64,000 nt of DNA from Ascidiella aspersa (Eukaryota), in NCBI GenBank assembly GCA_963924565.1, contig OZ004613.1, forward strand, positions 23,002,001-23,066,000. Direction: 5' to 3'. Below are positions 10,762 through 25,176 of this stretch, one piece after another. Under the pieces are notes generated by a model, which was given only the letters and a program-made list of their open reading frames with translations, was not told the origin of the DNA and made no database searches. Made by a program: the position numbers and the translations under genes. Each line of letters opens with the position of its first letter. The first letter of the stretch is position 1.

Positions 10762-13700
10762 CTGCATAAGAAGAGAGATGTTAAATATTTGAACTTGGTA
10801 CTTATTGCGATCCTGATAACTAGGGATGTAGGATAGTAACGGATCGCAGACAAGTGGCAGCACAGGTATTTAACCGATATTAGAAACGCCAATACTGGCC
10901 AGGTACCACATTGATATGGAATTTCCAACTATTCAATTTTGTCTATTTTAATCGTTTGACCATAACTATGACATCATTTAATTCCGGATCGGTCACATTT
11001 GATATAGGAATGATTCCCCCTCGAAAAGGTGATGTTTCAACAATAGTAAGGGAATACTGAGGGTAGCTTAACTACTTAGGTAAACGAAATTTTGAGCCTA
11101 AAACCCTTTAAAAAAATATTCGAACAATTCAATTTTTTCTATTCCAGTCGTTTGACCATAGCTATGAACTCATTTGATTCGGGATCGGTCCGCTGTAAAT
11201 TTTGTCCAAAATATCGGGTATCCGTACATGTAAACTGTAAAGCAGTGGTCGACAAACTTGTTTTGTCGCGGCCCAAAATACTCTTTTTAGAGCTATTTAA
11301 GGCCCAGTACGTAAAACCACTAAAATATAGTAGCGGATTCAGGATATTTGATTCTAAGTTGAAGGAATACACGGCGCCTTGATGCCCAAAACCCTGCCAT
11401 GGCATAATTGAAAACATACTATGAAACGAAGAATATACGCCATATTTGGGCCGCGGCCCACAGTTTGCCGAGCACGGCTGTGAAGTATCGGATATCAACA
11501 ATGATAACTAGCTTTAGGGTCCGAACTGCTACGTTCAATGCGATACCAGTAATATTTTTGACGTCATTACTGGTTAAATAAGCAATATTGATCAAATTGA
11601 AACTACAATGGTAATGATTTTCAGGCTATAAAAATTTGCTTGCGTTAGGAATTTTAACTAGTTGGATCGCAAAACGGATTGTAATGCGCAGTTTAAAATG
11701 GTATCGGACGGAACTGACACCTGAGTATAGGAGTACCCTTACTACTCCTTGGCGTCAAGCATCAGCTCCGATCCGATACTGTCGGACAACTTACTACCTT
11801 TTAATGTGTTCACGTTGTACAAACTAGAAAGATAAAGGCTAACGACCTTACTCTTAAAAAATAAATTACAACCCTTTAACCGGCGTGAATTTTTTTTATG
11901 CTAGACACATTTTGGCGTCCAGGGTCTTATTAAAAATGCGTGGCCTCCAAAATAAAGGAAATACAGTGGCTTTTTCGCGTGGCTTTGGTCCGTACGTAAA
12001 CTGCTACATTAAAGCTATAAAACCCTGTAACAGACTTGGACAACTAGATTTATTTTAGCTTTTTAAAATTAGATTAGAATTAAAATTAGAGCATTTTAGT
12101 TTTTCTTAATTAGATTAGAATTAGAATTAGATTGTTTTGAGTTTTTTCAAATTAGAATTATCGAATTCCTAAAAAAACAAATTTCAACTAAAATTTGAAC
12201 TAGAATAACATACAACCAATTTAATTTAATCGCAAAGTATTCTTATAAGAATGTGATTAGTAAATATGTGTGTGCTAATTTTTAAGCCTTTTTATGCTTT
12301 TTAGACTGTAAAAATTACCTACAACTCGTTCCAACCAAGAGTTTTAATTGAAATTCTGTGTTTCAACTGAGTGACTAAAAATGCCGTTGGACAAAGTAGC
12401 AGTTTTGGAAAAATACGAATTAGATTAGAACTAGAATTAGAGCACACAGGCAATTCATAAATTAGATTAGAATTAGAATTAGCCGCATTTTGCTCTAATT
12501 CAATGAATTAGAAAACTAGAATTATCTAGTTGTCCAAGTCTGCCCTGTAAGACAAAGAAAAGGCATGGGACAGTTAAGAGTGGTCTTATGGCGGTGCCAT
12601 TGATCTCGTATGAAGATCCGCGGAGCCAGTTCTTTGCCACTATACAGCAACTTTATAAATTATTCACGAGGCAAAACGTTACGTTGACAGCGCATTCGAC
12701 TACGCCCGAAACGCCTTTAATTGTAGAGTGGGGCGTGCGCTTAACTGTTAGGAGTCGTATATCTCACAACTACACAAGCGGTTTGATCATTTAATTGCAG
12801 GAACGACACGGTTGGGTGTTTACTTTGGGAGGACAAAATGACGTAACGTTTGAGAATATTACTCTTGCGTATGACCAATTATGAATCGTGTATGTCAATG
12901 TGTTATCAATTTATTTTGCTTTTACGAAACTCCTTTACGGTAATTTCAGGTAAAATAGTTTTTATCAAACCACCAACATTGTCATTCTTTTATAACTGTC
13001 GGTACTAACGATTACAGCCATGCCGTGTAGCCTAAGACCAAGAGCTGGAAACTTTGCAAAAAAGAACGCCCAGTTATCTGTGGGGATGGGGGTGCTAAAA
13101 TCTAGGTTTAAGGAACATCAGCATTTCTCCAATTTGTGGTACCGTGTGCGCAAAGCATCTGATGTAAGGTCAATTGATGATGGTAGCTTGGGGAAACATT
13201 ACAATCGGTTTACTTTTCACACAATATTTTCTGCACATTTACAAAAACATCTGAATACTGGTCAACGTAATTAGCGTGGTAAACGGTTAATTACAGCCTT
13301 TTGCGCTTTTGCGAAGTTAAGTGCGAAACAAGTCAACGAATTTCCTTATATTTGTTATACAAATTTTCGAATATCGGCGAGCTGTCAAAAGCTCACGCGG
13401 TTGAAACTCAGTCAACCTATGGGTACAGCGGGTTGGGAGAATGAGTGAAAAAGGATAAAAGTTGCGCTTGAAGTGGCTTATGTAAATTGACCTAGTGTTA
13501 GAGGCAAGTGTGGCGTTTTGCTCGGGTAGTCCTGAATAAAGCCGATAACGTCCGTGTACAGGTCACTAATTCCGCTATGTAATATATCTGGCTAGCTATA
13601 TGATACTGCTCCAGTACGTTTGATCACTGAGGATTTTCGCTTGGCAAAAAGTAAATTAACCGTCAATGTTGTAATGCCTAGTCTTTTAAGATGGGCTAAT

Positions 13701-16700
13701 GTCAAGGTTTTTAAATGGCTTGGCATGACACAGGTTTTATTGGACAAAATAAATTTGCCTTAATTAAACCTTTCTTAGAAAATGAAACAATCCCGTGATT
13801 TTAGTTTACATAAAAAAATCGGTTATATACCTAAGTTTTGCATATCAAACGGTCGAAAAAAAAAAAAATTTTGCTCGGAAAGTGCGAGCTTGTCAATTTT
13901 AAAGCATTCTAATTTGATATCAACGATGTGACTACAATTACAATAGTTTGAACTGAGAATCGCCCTGCTGCTATTTGCAGGAGACTTGACCAGGATTATA
14001 TCATTTTACAACGAAAAGTATATAACACTGATTACCGGCATACATTGCGGACATTACATAACCCTTAGAAACTTTGATATAACGTAGGTCGCACGGAACC
14101 GTTGTCGCTCTAAAAAGCTATTCGTGTCTAAACTTTTCGGTCGCGCTGAAAACGTGAAGGGATTGCGTGAGTTATATAGATGCGTGTTTGCTTAGCGTAC
14201 AATTACAAACGCTGCTGCGTAGAATAATAGGGCGTGTGCCGATGACACATTAGTCACAATGACTAAACCGACGTAATCGGAGTTTGTTACGTATTTTGCG
14301 ACACAGTATCCAGTTAATTTTTATCGGCAAGCAATGCAACCCAGTATACCAGGCTTCTGTGATTAAGTGCTTGTATAAGTTAATTGTCGAAACGTCGATT
14401 TTACAAAACAAAAAAGGGTTTTGGACTTTCTTAATTTCGTTTCTAGACGTATCCGCAGTTTGGGTGATATTTAAGGTGATCAACTTTAACGTCTAATTTA
14501 GTACACATGCTGTTTACAAACCTTGAAAGATAATTATAAACATTTTTTTGAACTTTATCTATTTAATTCTGTAAAATAAATCAGTGTTTCCTAACCCATG
14601 GGTGGCAAATTAAAATTGGATCGCCGTTTGATTTGGTTGGTTTGCCACTATAGTAGTATGCATAAGATTTGTATATTATTTAATTTGAAACCTATTAAAG
14701 CTAATTTCTTACATATTCTTAGTTTATAAAACGTTCAGATAAGATAAGGGGGTAGACAAAACTATAATTACGCTTGGTATTTAAGTCGCTGCGAAAAATG
14801 GTGGAGAAACACTAGTTTAGGGAAGATTAGGCCAAAAAATCGAATGGCCACATATTTTGTTAAGTTGACATATGTCACTTTAATAAAAATCGACAGGGTT
14901 TCTAATATTTAAACATCAATCTAGTTCACGAGAAAGTTCATGTAAACAAAGGTAAACGGTCATACCTAAGGCATTACAAATCACAAAGCGGTTTAGCAAA
15001 AGTGAAACACCTAAAACTTTTTTATTTTACCCCAGTCCAGTAAATCTGAACTGCAACCAAAGCCATGCAAGGAATAAGGTGCAAAAAAATTGGGAAAAGA
15101 GACACATTTAAAATTGAAGAAAAACAACACGTCTTTCAACTTTTGAGTCTGGTGTCGGAAATAAAAAAGACCATCGATCGATCGCTTTCAAACCCACCCT
15201 TATGATATTGAGCTTGGGCAGTATATTGCAGTCGGCGATTGTCATGGTGTCGCCGTCGATGAACTTTCGTCGCGAGACCTGAGCCTCATCGCTGTCATCG
15301 TCTTCATCGATTTCGTCGTCGAGCGGCTCCATCATGTAGCTGTTGAACTTGGCCAGCGCCGCAGTCAGCTTATGCACCATGGCTGCGCGGGCAAAAAGAA
15401 CGATAAGATTTTTTTTTAATTTGTCGCACGTTTTTTGCAGACGTTTTTTTGATGTTGCTTGATAATTATGAGTTGCGAAGCCACAAAGGTCGAGTAGAAC
15501 GACATCATGTTGATTATTAAGACGTTTCGATACGAGCTTGTATCATAACCAACACCAATATGGTTACTTGGCATATATCTAATATACACTGAGATCTGTA
15601 TACGTTCACATTACAGACTGATATCAGCACGTAGAAATTGTCCTTTTTATGATCCTCAAGTGTTTTTTTATCTACCCTATAGTGTGTGTCCAGCCATTGT
15701 TAGTTAGATGCACGTATGGGTGGGTGGGAATTTCAACGGTTATATAACCCGTGATAAAACAACACCATAGTCAAAGCATTCAGTTTTAGCTCACGTCATA
15801 AACATACAAAAGGTGGTCGCATGGTCGTGTGTGAAAAAGGGCACAGAGGCCCTCGGGAGCGTTGCAACGATATTTCGGTACGTGACGAACACCAAAGGGC
15901 GTTCAATAATGAGGGGCACCCCGTCTGAGCTTAACGAACTGTTTAAAACACATTAGGGATGGCTCGGCATCGAATTAAATGCGGCGACAGCTGAAGTTCA
16001 AGACAAGAAGTGACGCCATAGAAGGCTCTGAGGGCTAACCATGGTCGCCGGGTTTGGGGTTATTAGGGTGATCTGAGCACCCCCAGCAGAAACTGGGGTC
16101 AGCCCCCACCCTCCTAAACAATGATAAATCATACTGTAAAGAACTCTGTATTTCGTTGGATGCGTGCGATTTGGGACTAAATTTCCGTATAATTTCTGAC
16201 AGTTAGTCAATCAGCTACTATATCAAGCATAATTCTCGAAAGACATGAATCTTTTCTAAGAGTTCAATTGTGTTGATTTCGTTTTAAATCTTGCAATAAG
16301 TCACAAAAATTACAAACTGAAATATTGATATTAGAGGTAGCGCAACTTCTTGTTGTGTCTCCTCATAAAAAATGAAAAAATCACACGATGCAGTTAGCCG
16401 CTGCCCCATCCCGGTTCTACAAGGGATCCGGTAAACATAAGACAAGATACATTTACATTTCCAAAACGTCAAAAGCGACCCAATGCATCTGCAGCCAGGC
16501 CCATCTAAATCCGAAGTCAAAAAATCTAAGCAATAAACGAAAAAGCCTCGAAACTGGCGACTTACCCTGGCGCTTCGGGTCGTTGGGGTTGCCTCGGAAC
16601 TTGGCGAGCGCCGAAAACTTGGCGAAGATGTCGTTGCCGACCGTGTTGCTCTGCTGGTGCTTGCAGGCAAGCTTGGGGTAGCGTGGCGGGTAGAGTTCGG

Positions 16701-19700
16701 CCTCGATGTAGTCCTCGCTCTTCTGGATGTCGGTCAGCTCCTCGCCGTTGAAGAGTAGAAAGGGCGGGTTTGCTCCCATAGCCACGTTCGAAAGCTGCTT
16801 CGGTTTCCTGCAGCACGGTTCGCCAACACAAGGTGTTAGAGCAGTGGTTCTCGACCGGGGTGGTGCGGCACGCTGGGGTGCCATTTCTAATACTTAGGGT
16901 GCCAAGAGATATTTGGGTATCTTTGAGAATATGAATATTGCTCAACTCTTATAACCTTTTGTGTAAGATTAGAGTGAGGTAAATGCAAGTATAACTTCCT
17001 AGGTTGTTTAAGGGTTGATGTGTGTTTTTCCAGTTTATTTTTTTGTGAAATTCTATAGTGTTTGTGATTTGTAACATTCTATAGTGAATTTGTGACGAAT
17101 AATCTTGTAGGGTGCCGCAATCTATTTAATATTTCTTAGGGGTGCCGCTAGCCATAGAAGGCTGAGAAACACAGTGTTAAATAAATGCAGGGATAACGGG
17201 CGGCTTTCTAGCAATACGACTGAAATTGGAGTAACGTCTGATGTCGAAATTAACCCAACAAGACCTGGCTATAGCGGGAATTAAATCTCAATATTTTGCC
17301 TAAGCAGCGACCCATCCTAACTTCATCACTAACTCAGACTTGGAAAAGTTTTTTCAAATTAGATTAGAATTATCGTTTCCTAAAAAAACAAATTTCAACG
17401 AGAATCACATTTAATTATTTACAACCAATTTAATTTAATCGCAAAGTATTCTTATAAGAATGCGAATGGTAAATATGTGTGTGCTAATTTTTAGGCCTTT
17501 TTATGCTTTTTAGACTGTAAAAATTACATACAAGTCGTTTCAACCAAAGAGTTTTAATTAAAATTCTGTGTTTTAACCGAGTCACTAAAAATGCCGTTGG
17601 ACAAAGTAGCATTTTTCGAAAAATCCGAATTAGATTAGAACTAGAATTAGAGCACACAAGCAATTCATAAATTAGATTAGAATTGGAATTAGAATTAGCC
17701 GCATTTTGCTCTATTTCAATGACTAGAATTAACTAGTTGTCCAAGTATGCACTAACTGCAACAAAAGAAGGGCGTATCTTTATGGAATCCAAAACCATTG
17801 GCAGCAAGTTTCTGATTGTCGATCACAGTTCCGCTAACGCGCATATAAAACTCAAAGTTTAAAAAACAGGATCAGACATTTAATGCCAGCTAATAACATA
17901 GTCGAAATATATATTCCTTTTAAAAAAATGTCTGATCCTGGTTTTACTCGTTTTTTTTAACTTTGAGTTTTATTGTTTAACTTCGCCAATGTCGTTTTCC
18001 TTGCAGTAGCTTAAACTCCCCCCATTACACACGTCTAACCTAACAAAAAGCAAACTGTCCGGTGCCCAAGCGGCAAAACGGTGGAGTCCAGTTGCTACTT
18101 TTCCTATTTCCGACGAGTTTAGGTATTTTGCGTAGTAGAAATTACTGAGTATTTGGTTTTATTATGTCTTTGGTTCTAATACTCTAGTATTATAGCTTCT
18201 TTCGGAGAATAAAGTATATTTCCATGGGTCTTATTGTGTGCTGTCCTATGTACTTAATGCAGTGAAGGGGTGGGTAAGCTAGATTGGCACAATAGCTGAG
18301 TAGGACAATGCTTACCTTATAAAAGGAGATAAACCTAAACTGCCAAAACTTTTCAAATAAACGTATATTGTTTAAAACATTAAAATCGTATTGTCCCGAT
18401 TTATTTTTTGCCTTGGCTATAAACAATAAAATAAAAAAATAGTTTTTTATTTTCCAAAACGAGCGTCTGTTTATAAATTCTTCTGTGGTTTTGTTTGATT
18501 TAAATCGGCGCAAAATAGTTGTTATATAACCATTCGATTTATTTCCTACACTATAGTATACTGTAATTTAGTCCACGTCAATTTGCCTGGCTACTCACGT
18601 GGCTTTGTCCACCGTGGTGACGTTAAAGACGACCCCCTTGAGCCAAAGCATCATGAATAGACGCTGTGAAAATGGACAGCAGCCGATGCATTCTTTGTCC
18701 GAGCCAGCCTGGCACACAAAAAAATGAGGTTTGCGTAGGTCAGGATTATATTTTTTTCGCGTTTTGGCAACTTTGCCCGGTGGTTCTTAAACCGTGGGTG
18801 TTAGACGCTTTGCGGAAACTTTCACAGGGAATTTGACTGCTTGCCAGCAAAATCAGTGCCGGGCTTTTTCACACTACGATGTTATTTTTTGTGCTGTTTT
18901 ATTGTGAATTGGTGGCACATCATAATTTTTTTACTTTTTTTATAAACTGAGGTTATTTAACCTGGAAAAAATTCCTTTCGAGGTGGCGATACTAATAGTT
19001 TAAGAACCACAGGGTTTAGTTATGAAGTGCTATTAGGTAAAAAACCAAGGGTCTTTCACAGAAAATGTACTATGCTGAATATTCAGCCGGGACTCGGAAT
19101 GTACGGCAACGAAAAAATTGCGGGTTGTTCTTTCTTAGGTTTCAATTACGTGTATTGATATATAAATCATTTTGAACCGAAAATTTCACGACTGAGAAGA
19201 AAAACCAATAGTGAGGCTTTACGTTCTGCTAAACAGGGGTATCTTGAACGTCTTGTCGGCTGCCAGTATAGTTATCTTGCAGCTTAAAACACTGTACTGC
19301 CAGTACGAATATTCCGAGCCCCGTTTTTATATTTTTACTTATAAATAAATTGGATTACATATGGGTCATGCAGTGCGGGGTTGCCACAAAATTTGAAAAA
19401 AAAAATTCAAAAACAATTCCTTGCTATTTAAATACCTGAAATTGGATCACATTTCGAAAAATCAGTATAAATGTAGAAAATTGTTTTTACAGCTGTACTT
19501 TTCAAACATATAACGTACATACAAAAATAAATTTAAGAAAATTCAAAGTCTTTGTGGCAACCCGGCCGTAACAATAAATAAGAGAAACCCAAAAACATCA
19601 AATATATATATATTATATAACTGTTAAAGTTAAAAACAAAAAAAGACAATCATTTGAAGGGCATTAAAAACAAGGCCAGTAAATATTTAACAAATTTTGT

Positions 19701-22700
19701 ACAACAAAAACCCAAAATCTGCGATCACAGTAAAATAAAAACAGCGGTTGTCAGTTGGTTAATGGTTATAGAATAGATTTCCATACCGAATCGCGAATCA
19801 GCGTTTCGATCGTGGGGTTAGGTTTTTCACTTTGGTTTTCGATTATTTGCAGGCAGGAATGTTAGCAACATAGGCAAAAGCAAGACTGCTTGTAAAACCT
19901 TGATCGACTTGTCGTTCGCACAGAGCTCGCCATTCCAGGAAGCAATGCAATGAAAGCGATGATATGACCCGCTTGAATGGTTGTGTTGGCGCCGCCAAGT
20001 TTTAGCAACTGTTTACGCGAAAACTTTAAACGAAATCTCTACATTGCGAGGCTGCGATGGTAACACCTTTTTATTTACCTTAAACTTCGACTGCATAAAT
20101 AGGTCGAGAATTGTGAATTTGCGCTTACAAGATACGGCAAACAAAGGCAATTTTAAACGTCTACTGAAGTATTGTATTTAGAGCAACTTTGTGTCTGTTT
20201 CACGATACACAGCATATATACACAATACACGAATGATGCGTTTGAAGTTACCCATATTCACGCTTCGAGCGTATAAACGTAAAGAACAGTACCTGCCAAA
20301 ACATAGTCAAACAAATGTTCCTGCTCGTAGGAAAAGTCTAATACGAATTGTTAAACCAAGCACTGCAATAGTGCTATTATGGGTATATGTGACTGCATAT
20401 AACAAGTATGTGAAAATATGCAACTATGAATCACATACTAAAGTTGAGGTATGTTCTGTGTTGCTTAATAAAAAAAACATAGCGCACCGTATAGCTGACG
20501 ACGACAAGTGACAAAATAAAAATGATTACGCCATAAAACGAAATTTAACCCTTTTGTGATGCGCTACAATACTAGGTAGAGTAAAACGAACGACATCCGA
20601 AACTTCACTAAGTATTTTACGAAGCTTCGCGTTGTAACACTATTTGCTTGGGTCCTCACAAAAAAGCATGTGTTTGCGTTAGAAGACGTTGGAATTCGAC
20701 AAACATTACGTTTTTACGCGCAATTTGATAGTAAACGGGTTGCCACTTGTTGGGACAAAGAGCCGTAAAAAGCGGCTGGTTACGAACGGACGTTTGCTTT
20801 CCCTTATCGCCGCCCAACCGCATTTTTGAACCGGGCCACCGCCCACAAAGGCCGACAGAAGAGCACACAGCCACCCGCATACCGGCGGATTGCGTCACAC
20901 TATATAAAAGCGGGCGGCCCTAATATAGCGCACCACAACCTTTCGGCGCTGGGCTGCAACGCGCGAACAAAAGCCAAGGCGAAAAATCGGGTTCCAAAAA
21001 AACGGCGCTGTGGTTAATTTTTGCTCTCGTTGCTATTCGATTATAAACTTGAACGCAAATCCGTTGTTGAATCGGGACGAAAGCTGTGTTTACAATCCTC
21101 GAAAAAAAAACTACTTGATTTGTACGTAGCGGTAGCTTTTGCCTGTTGGGTCAACCACAACTCCTCTGTTATTTTGAGTACAAGGCAAGCGTTTGGTAGG
21201 TCGGTGTTCAACGGAGTTATTTTACATGATAACACAATTGGTCCAACAATTAGAAAATGTGTAAAACTGCCAGGCCTTCTAAACGTTTTTTTTAAATGTC
21301 GCAACAAAAGCAAATCCGCATCGTTTCATTATTGATTAGCGATAGGTGACTGTTATGTGACACCGATCCAAATTTCTTTATTTTTTACATTAATTGACCT
21401 TGCTATCGTAAATTGCTAAAACAAAAATATTCACAGAATGTCCTACTGTAGCGTTGACAAAAAAAATTCAGTGGAGTAAATATTTTTAAGACTTTACACT
21501 TGCTTCGCAGGAGGGGAGGGGGGGGGGGGAGCAAGACAACAGGGCAACAGATACATACCCGGGGATTTCTGACTTGTTTTTAACCTACTGAGATAGGAAA
21601 GCACCGCCGCGCCTTTTCAGTTAAAATAACAACAGGGAGAAAGAAATTTTAAAAGCTCAAAACCACGTACGGGAAAACAAAGGACCAATGAAACCGAAAA
21701 CACGTTGGTCTGACGAAGCGCAGAAACCACTTGACAGTTGCATTTGACAATGAACAGCAGCTAGGCCGTGTACAAGCGCGCGTTTCATTTCGTTCAACGC
21801 AATACTTCACGATTCACGCCAGTGGAGCGTTGACGGTTAAAGTTCGTATTACTGTGAAGAATGCGAAATGTGTAAAAACTCCCTGATGTCAATTGAGACG
21901 AAGCGAAACCGACTCAACTCGCAGACCTGTCGAGATGCCGTTTATCCCAAGGGAAACGCGCCCGCGGAATTCCGGGTTGGACTTTGCAAAAACAAAAATA
22001 CAGTCCGGGGTTTCGCAGCGATTTGGATTACCCATTATGTTTTCAAGTCTCTCTATAGCAGTGTTTCTTAACTTTATTTCCAACAAAGCGTAAATATGAG
22101 AGTGACGTTTTGACGACCAAATTCTCTTCACTTTTTACGAGTAAACAAAACAGGAGACAAATAGAATAAATAATTTAGAATTTAATTGATTTGAGTCATG
22201 CCTTGTATTTTTCGCAGTTTTCTCGAATCGTGAAAAAATCCTGCTCAGAACCGATCTAAATACATCAATACATGTGAACTACTGCAGTCGGTGACCCAAT
22301 CAAATTAAACGGAATGGGTTGAAAAACATTGCTTTATATCTATAGCGCGGAAACACGTCTGGTCGTCTGGGGTTTACGAGCGCGTTTAGAATCCGTTCGA
22401 AGCTCGTTAAGCAGCAGCCCTTGGCGGCCTTTTATTTTAAATTCGGATTCGTGTGAACAGCAAACGAAACAGCGCCTTACTGATTACATCAGTGCGACAA
22501 TAATCAACTTTATAAATAGGAGCCAAAATCATAAAGTTGAAGAGAGGCGATTTTCAACGCCAAGGAAACAGCTTTGGCCTAAATACAAAAACAGACCTTG
22601 ATGGGGAGTAAATGCTATTTTAGTAAGAGGTGGCAATACGAAATAGCAAACACATTGCATTGCGGTGCCTAATCTGAGGTCAGGTGCCTAATTTGTTTTG

Positions 22701-25176
22701 CTATTTTTATCTATTTATGCACGCCATTAAAAAGTAATCACATTATACTTTAGAGATTTGTCAACTGAGTAAAAGGTGGCTATAATAAACTGCATTCAGT
22801 ACAGGTAAAAAAAGATCACCGTAATGACCTACGGTTGCGGTAGGATACTAGAGAAGCAGCTTCAGTCTATCGGACAGCTGCGCTTTATTAAAATTAAATT
22901 ACCTGTTTTATATAGGCAAAAGGTAATCACGCTAACGATAGAAACCAACAGACGACCTCGTGCGTCAACTTTGCGTTGCAAAATAAGCGCGAGCACGGCA
23001 AGCGAACACGAATCGACTTTTGTCGCAGTTTGATTTGCCCGACACGTTTGTAAACAAGTCCGCGATGCTTTCACATCGATAGATGGGCGGCAACGACCCA
23101 GCTCTAATTGATTGCTACTGGGCGCTAGCCTAAATCGTATATCGTCATTGCCAGAATGTCGAGTCATTGGCCCAACGCATGGACGCGGTGGTAAGTAGCG
23201 CATTGCAAACGTCTATTATGGCGTCATCACACCTAATCATGCACTTCCACAAAGTGAAGCATGCAAATGTGCTGGCTGCGGAGCACATTAGCAAATTGAA
23301 ATTCGCGAAAAGTTTCGTAGAGTAAAAAAAACACAGTTTTACAAAGTGAAACACGAACAACTTTTTTAACGCTTTCTTTCACAAGTCAAAAAGTTGAGCA
23401 TTTTTGCCATTCTCACGTTTTATAAGCCTTCGGCCCTCTGTGGAATACGAATAACACCAGCGGATCGCGTATCAGTGATTACGTCACGAAACGAGCCCTT
23501 ACAAAAACATTATCTAGCCACTAACCAGCAAGTCACAAAGCAAGTAAACTAAACGACAGGGCAAGGCGGATTACCAGGTTCTAAATAAATCATCAAAGGC
23601 GTTGAACGAACAAAGGTTCACGGCAGTTCGTTTAGGCGCCGCAATTAACTTCGCAAGTCGCAGTTTAAGCCTTTTAGGGTGAGGCGTCATGTGAAGCCTG
23701 AAAGCCCAAGGGACGTTAACAGCTCAAGTTGGCCTCTGTCATCGTTCGCAACACAACAGCAGGGCTGGCCTTACGTTCAAATTAAAAATTTGGAAAATAA
23801 CCGCGCTATAATTTTTGGGGGGGGATTGGCCGTTTAATTTGGTAAAGAATTTTGTGTCGCCGTATGATTTGGTTGGGTCGCTGACTCCAGTAGTTTTACA
23901 TAGCTAGATTCCTTGAGATTGACTCTGAGCAAGATTTCTACAAAGTCTGTGAAAGTTTAAAGCAATACGAAGTTATGGCTCATGTCTATTAAATGTAACA
24001 TCACTTATGCTATTGTCTTGTGTTTTGTTCACTTTAAGCTTACGAAAAGCTTAGTGAATAGATTTGACTCGTCAAGCTTCGCTGTTAAGCTTACGCTTTG
24101 CAATTTAATCGCCGCAAAAAAAGGTTGAGAAACACAGACCTTTAAACGATATGGATTGCCGTGGAACTTATGTAAACCTGTCCCAAACAAGATAACGTTT
24201 TCAGTCGGTTTGGGGCAATGTTTCGGTCGTGCTTTGTCTGTCAAGCGTATACAAGACTAGCGCTTAGTTCGTCGGAAAATCGATGTTTGGCGTTACGCGC
24301 CGTTTGTCAAGCCAAAACGGTGCGATTTAGTTGGCTAGAGAGGCAGCGAATGGTTAAAGCAACGCGGAAAACGTTAACAAACATCCATGCAAAGACGGCA
24401 TAACAAAGCGCAGCAAACAAACACGTTAACTGCCAATGAAAAGGGAAATACCAAATGAATAACGCAGCTCATTAGGGTTGTATGTGCAGCTAGCAATGAC
24501 GAGGGGATGGCAAATGGCAAGTGAAAATCACTCATTATTTTGCCAAATCCTTTTTTAAATGTGTTATGTGTTTAACATTTCACAAGCCCATAGACCATTT
24601 TTATGATGAATATCAACATACATATTGGTTTTCCTGCGTTACTGGCCAACTAAAACGATGAATTAGAAGGCAAAAAGTAATATACAAGTTTGAAAAACAA
24701 CTGTAGATCGTATAATTTACTGGGTATCCAGTATTTGTCCGATTAAAGATCTTTAGAATAATAGCTTTTAGTGGGGCTTAGAGTCTCTCGTACTACACTT
24801 ACTTAAAAAAAATTAAGGGGTTCATTGTGCAGTTTTGTTACGTTTTCGGAGAATATAGGTGTGGTGAACTAAGACAGTTAAACTTTATTTAAAAAAGCGT
24901 CCTCTACGAAGGTTTCTCTAAATGCTCTCGGCACTATAAAAAAAGCAAAGTGTCAGTAGCCACAGTCTCTGGTTAATGGTTACATACATGCGACCGCACA
25001 ATACATTCAGAGCCACAAAACAAAGCCATCAGGTCCTGTTTTTTCTTCAGCAACTGGGTACAATCATCAGCCGGTCTTACCTTGACGAACAAATTAATAA
25101 CGTGCTTTCGGTCGCTCAGCGAATTTTGCTCGCTCCCTTCCGGCGTATACTGGACAGAATTTTCTTCCTCGCTCAT
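10594..25176 (-). CDS. CLIC: CLIC short isoform of 266 aa, starting in exon 25176-25081
   Basis: ATG exon [10 protein letters not shown]...HVINLFVK|gtaag splices in phase 0 to AGSD...; 801 nt in total. Confidence 0.88.

Noticed and set aside
8047-10836. ORFs of 100-180 aa (8066-8413, 9690-9998, 10294-10836)
   Set aside because: Non-ATG starts, no recognisable domains or splice partners; they lie antisense to the CLIC last exon or in its probable 3' UTR.
12050-12530. TTAGA/TTAGAA runs resembling telomeric repeats
   Set aside because: Not TTAGGG or TTAGG arrays; confined to the subtermini of a TSD-flanked MITE.
21509-21531. G-rich run with G-quadruplex potential
   Set aside because: Simple homopolymer tract with no supporting context.
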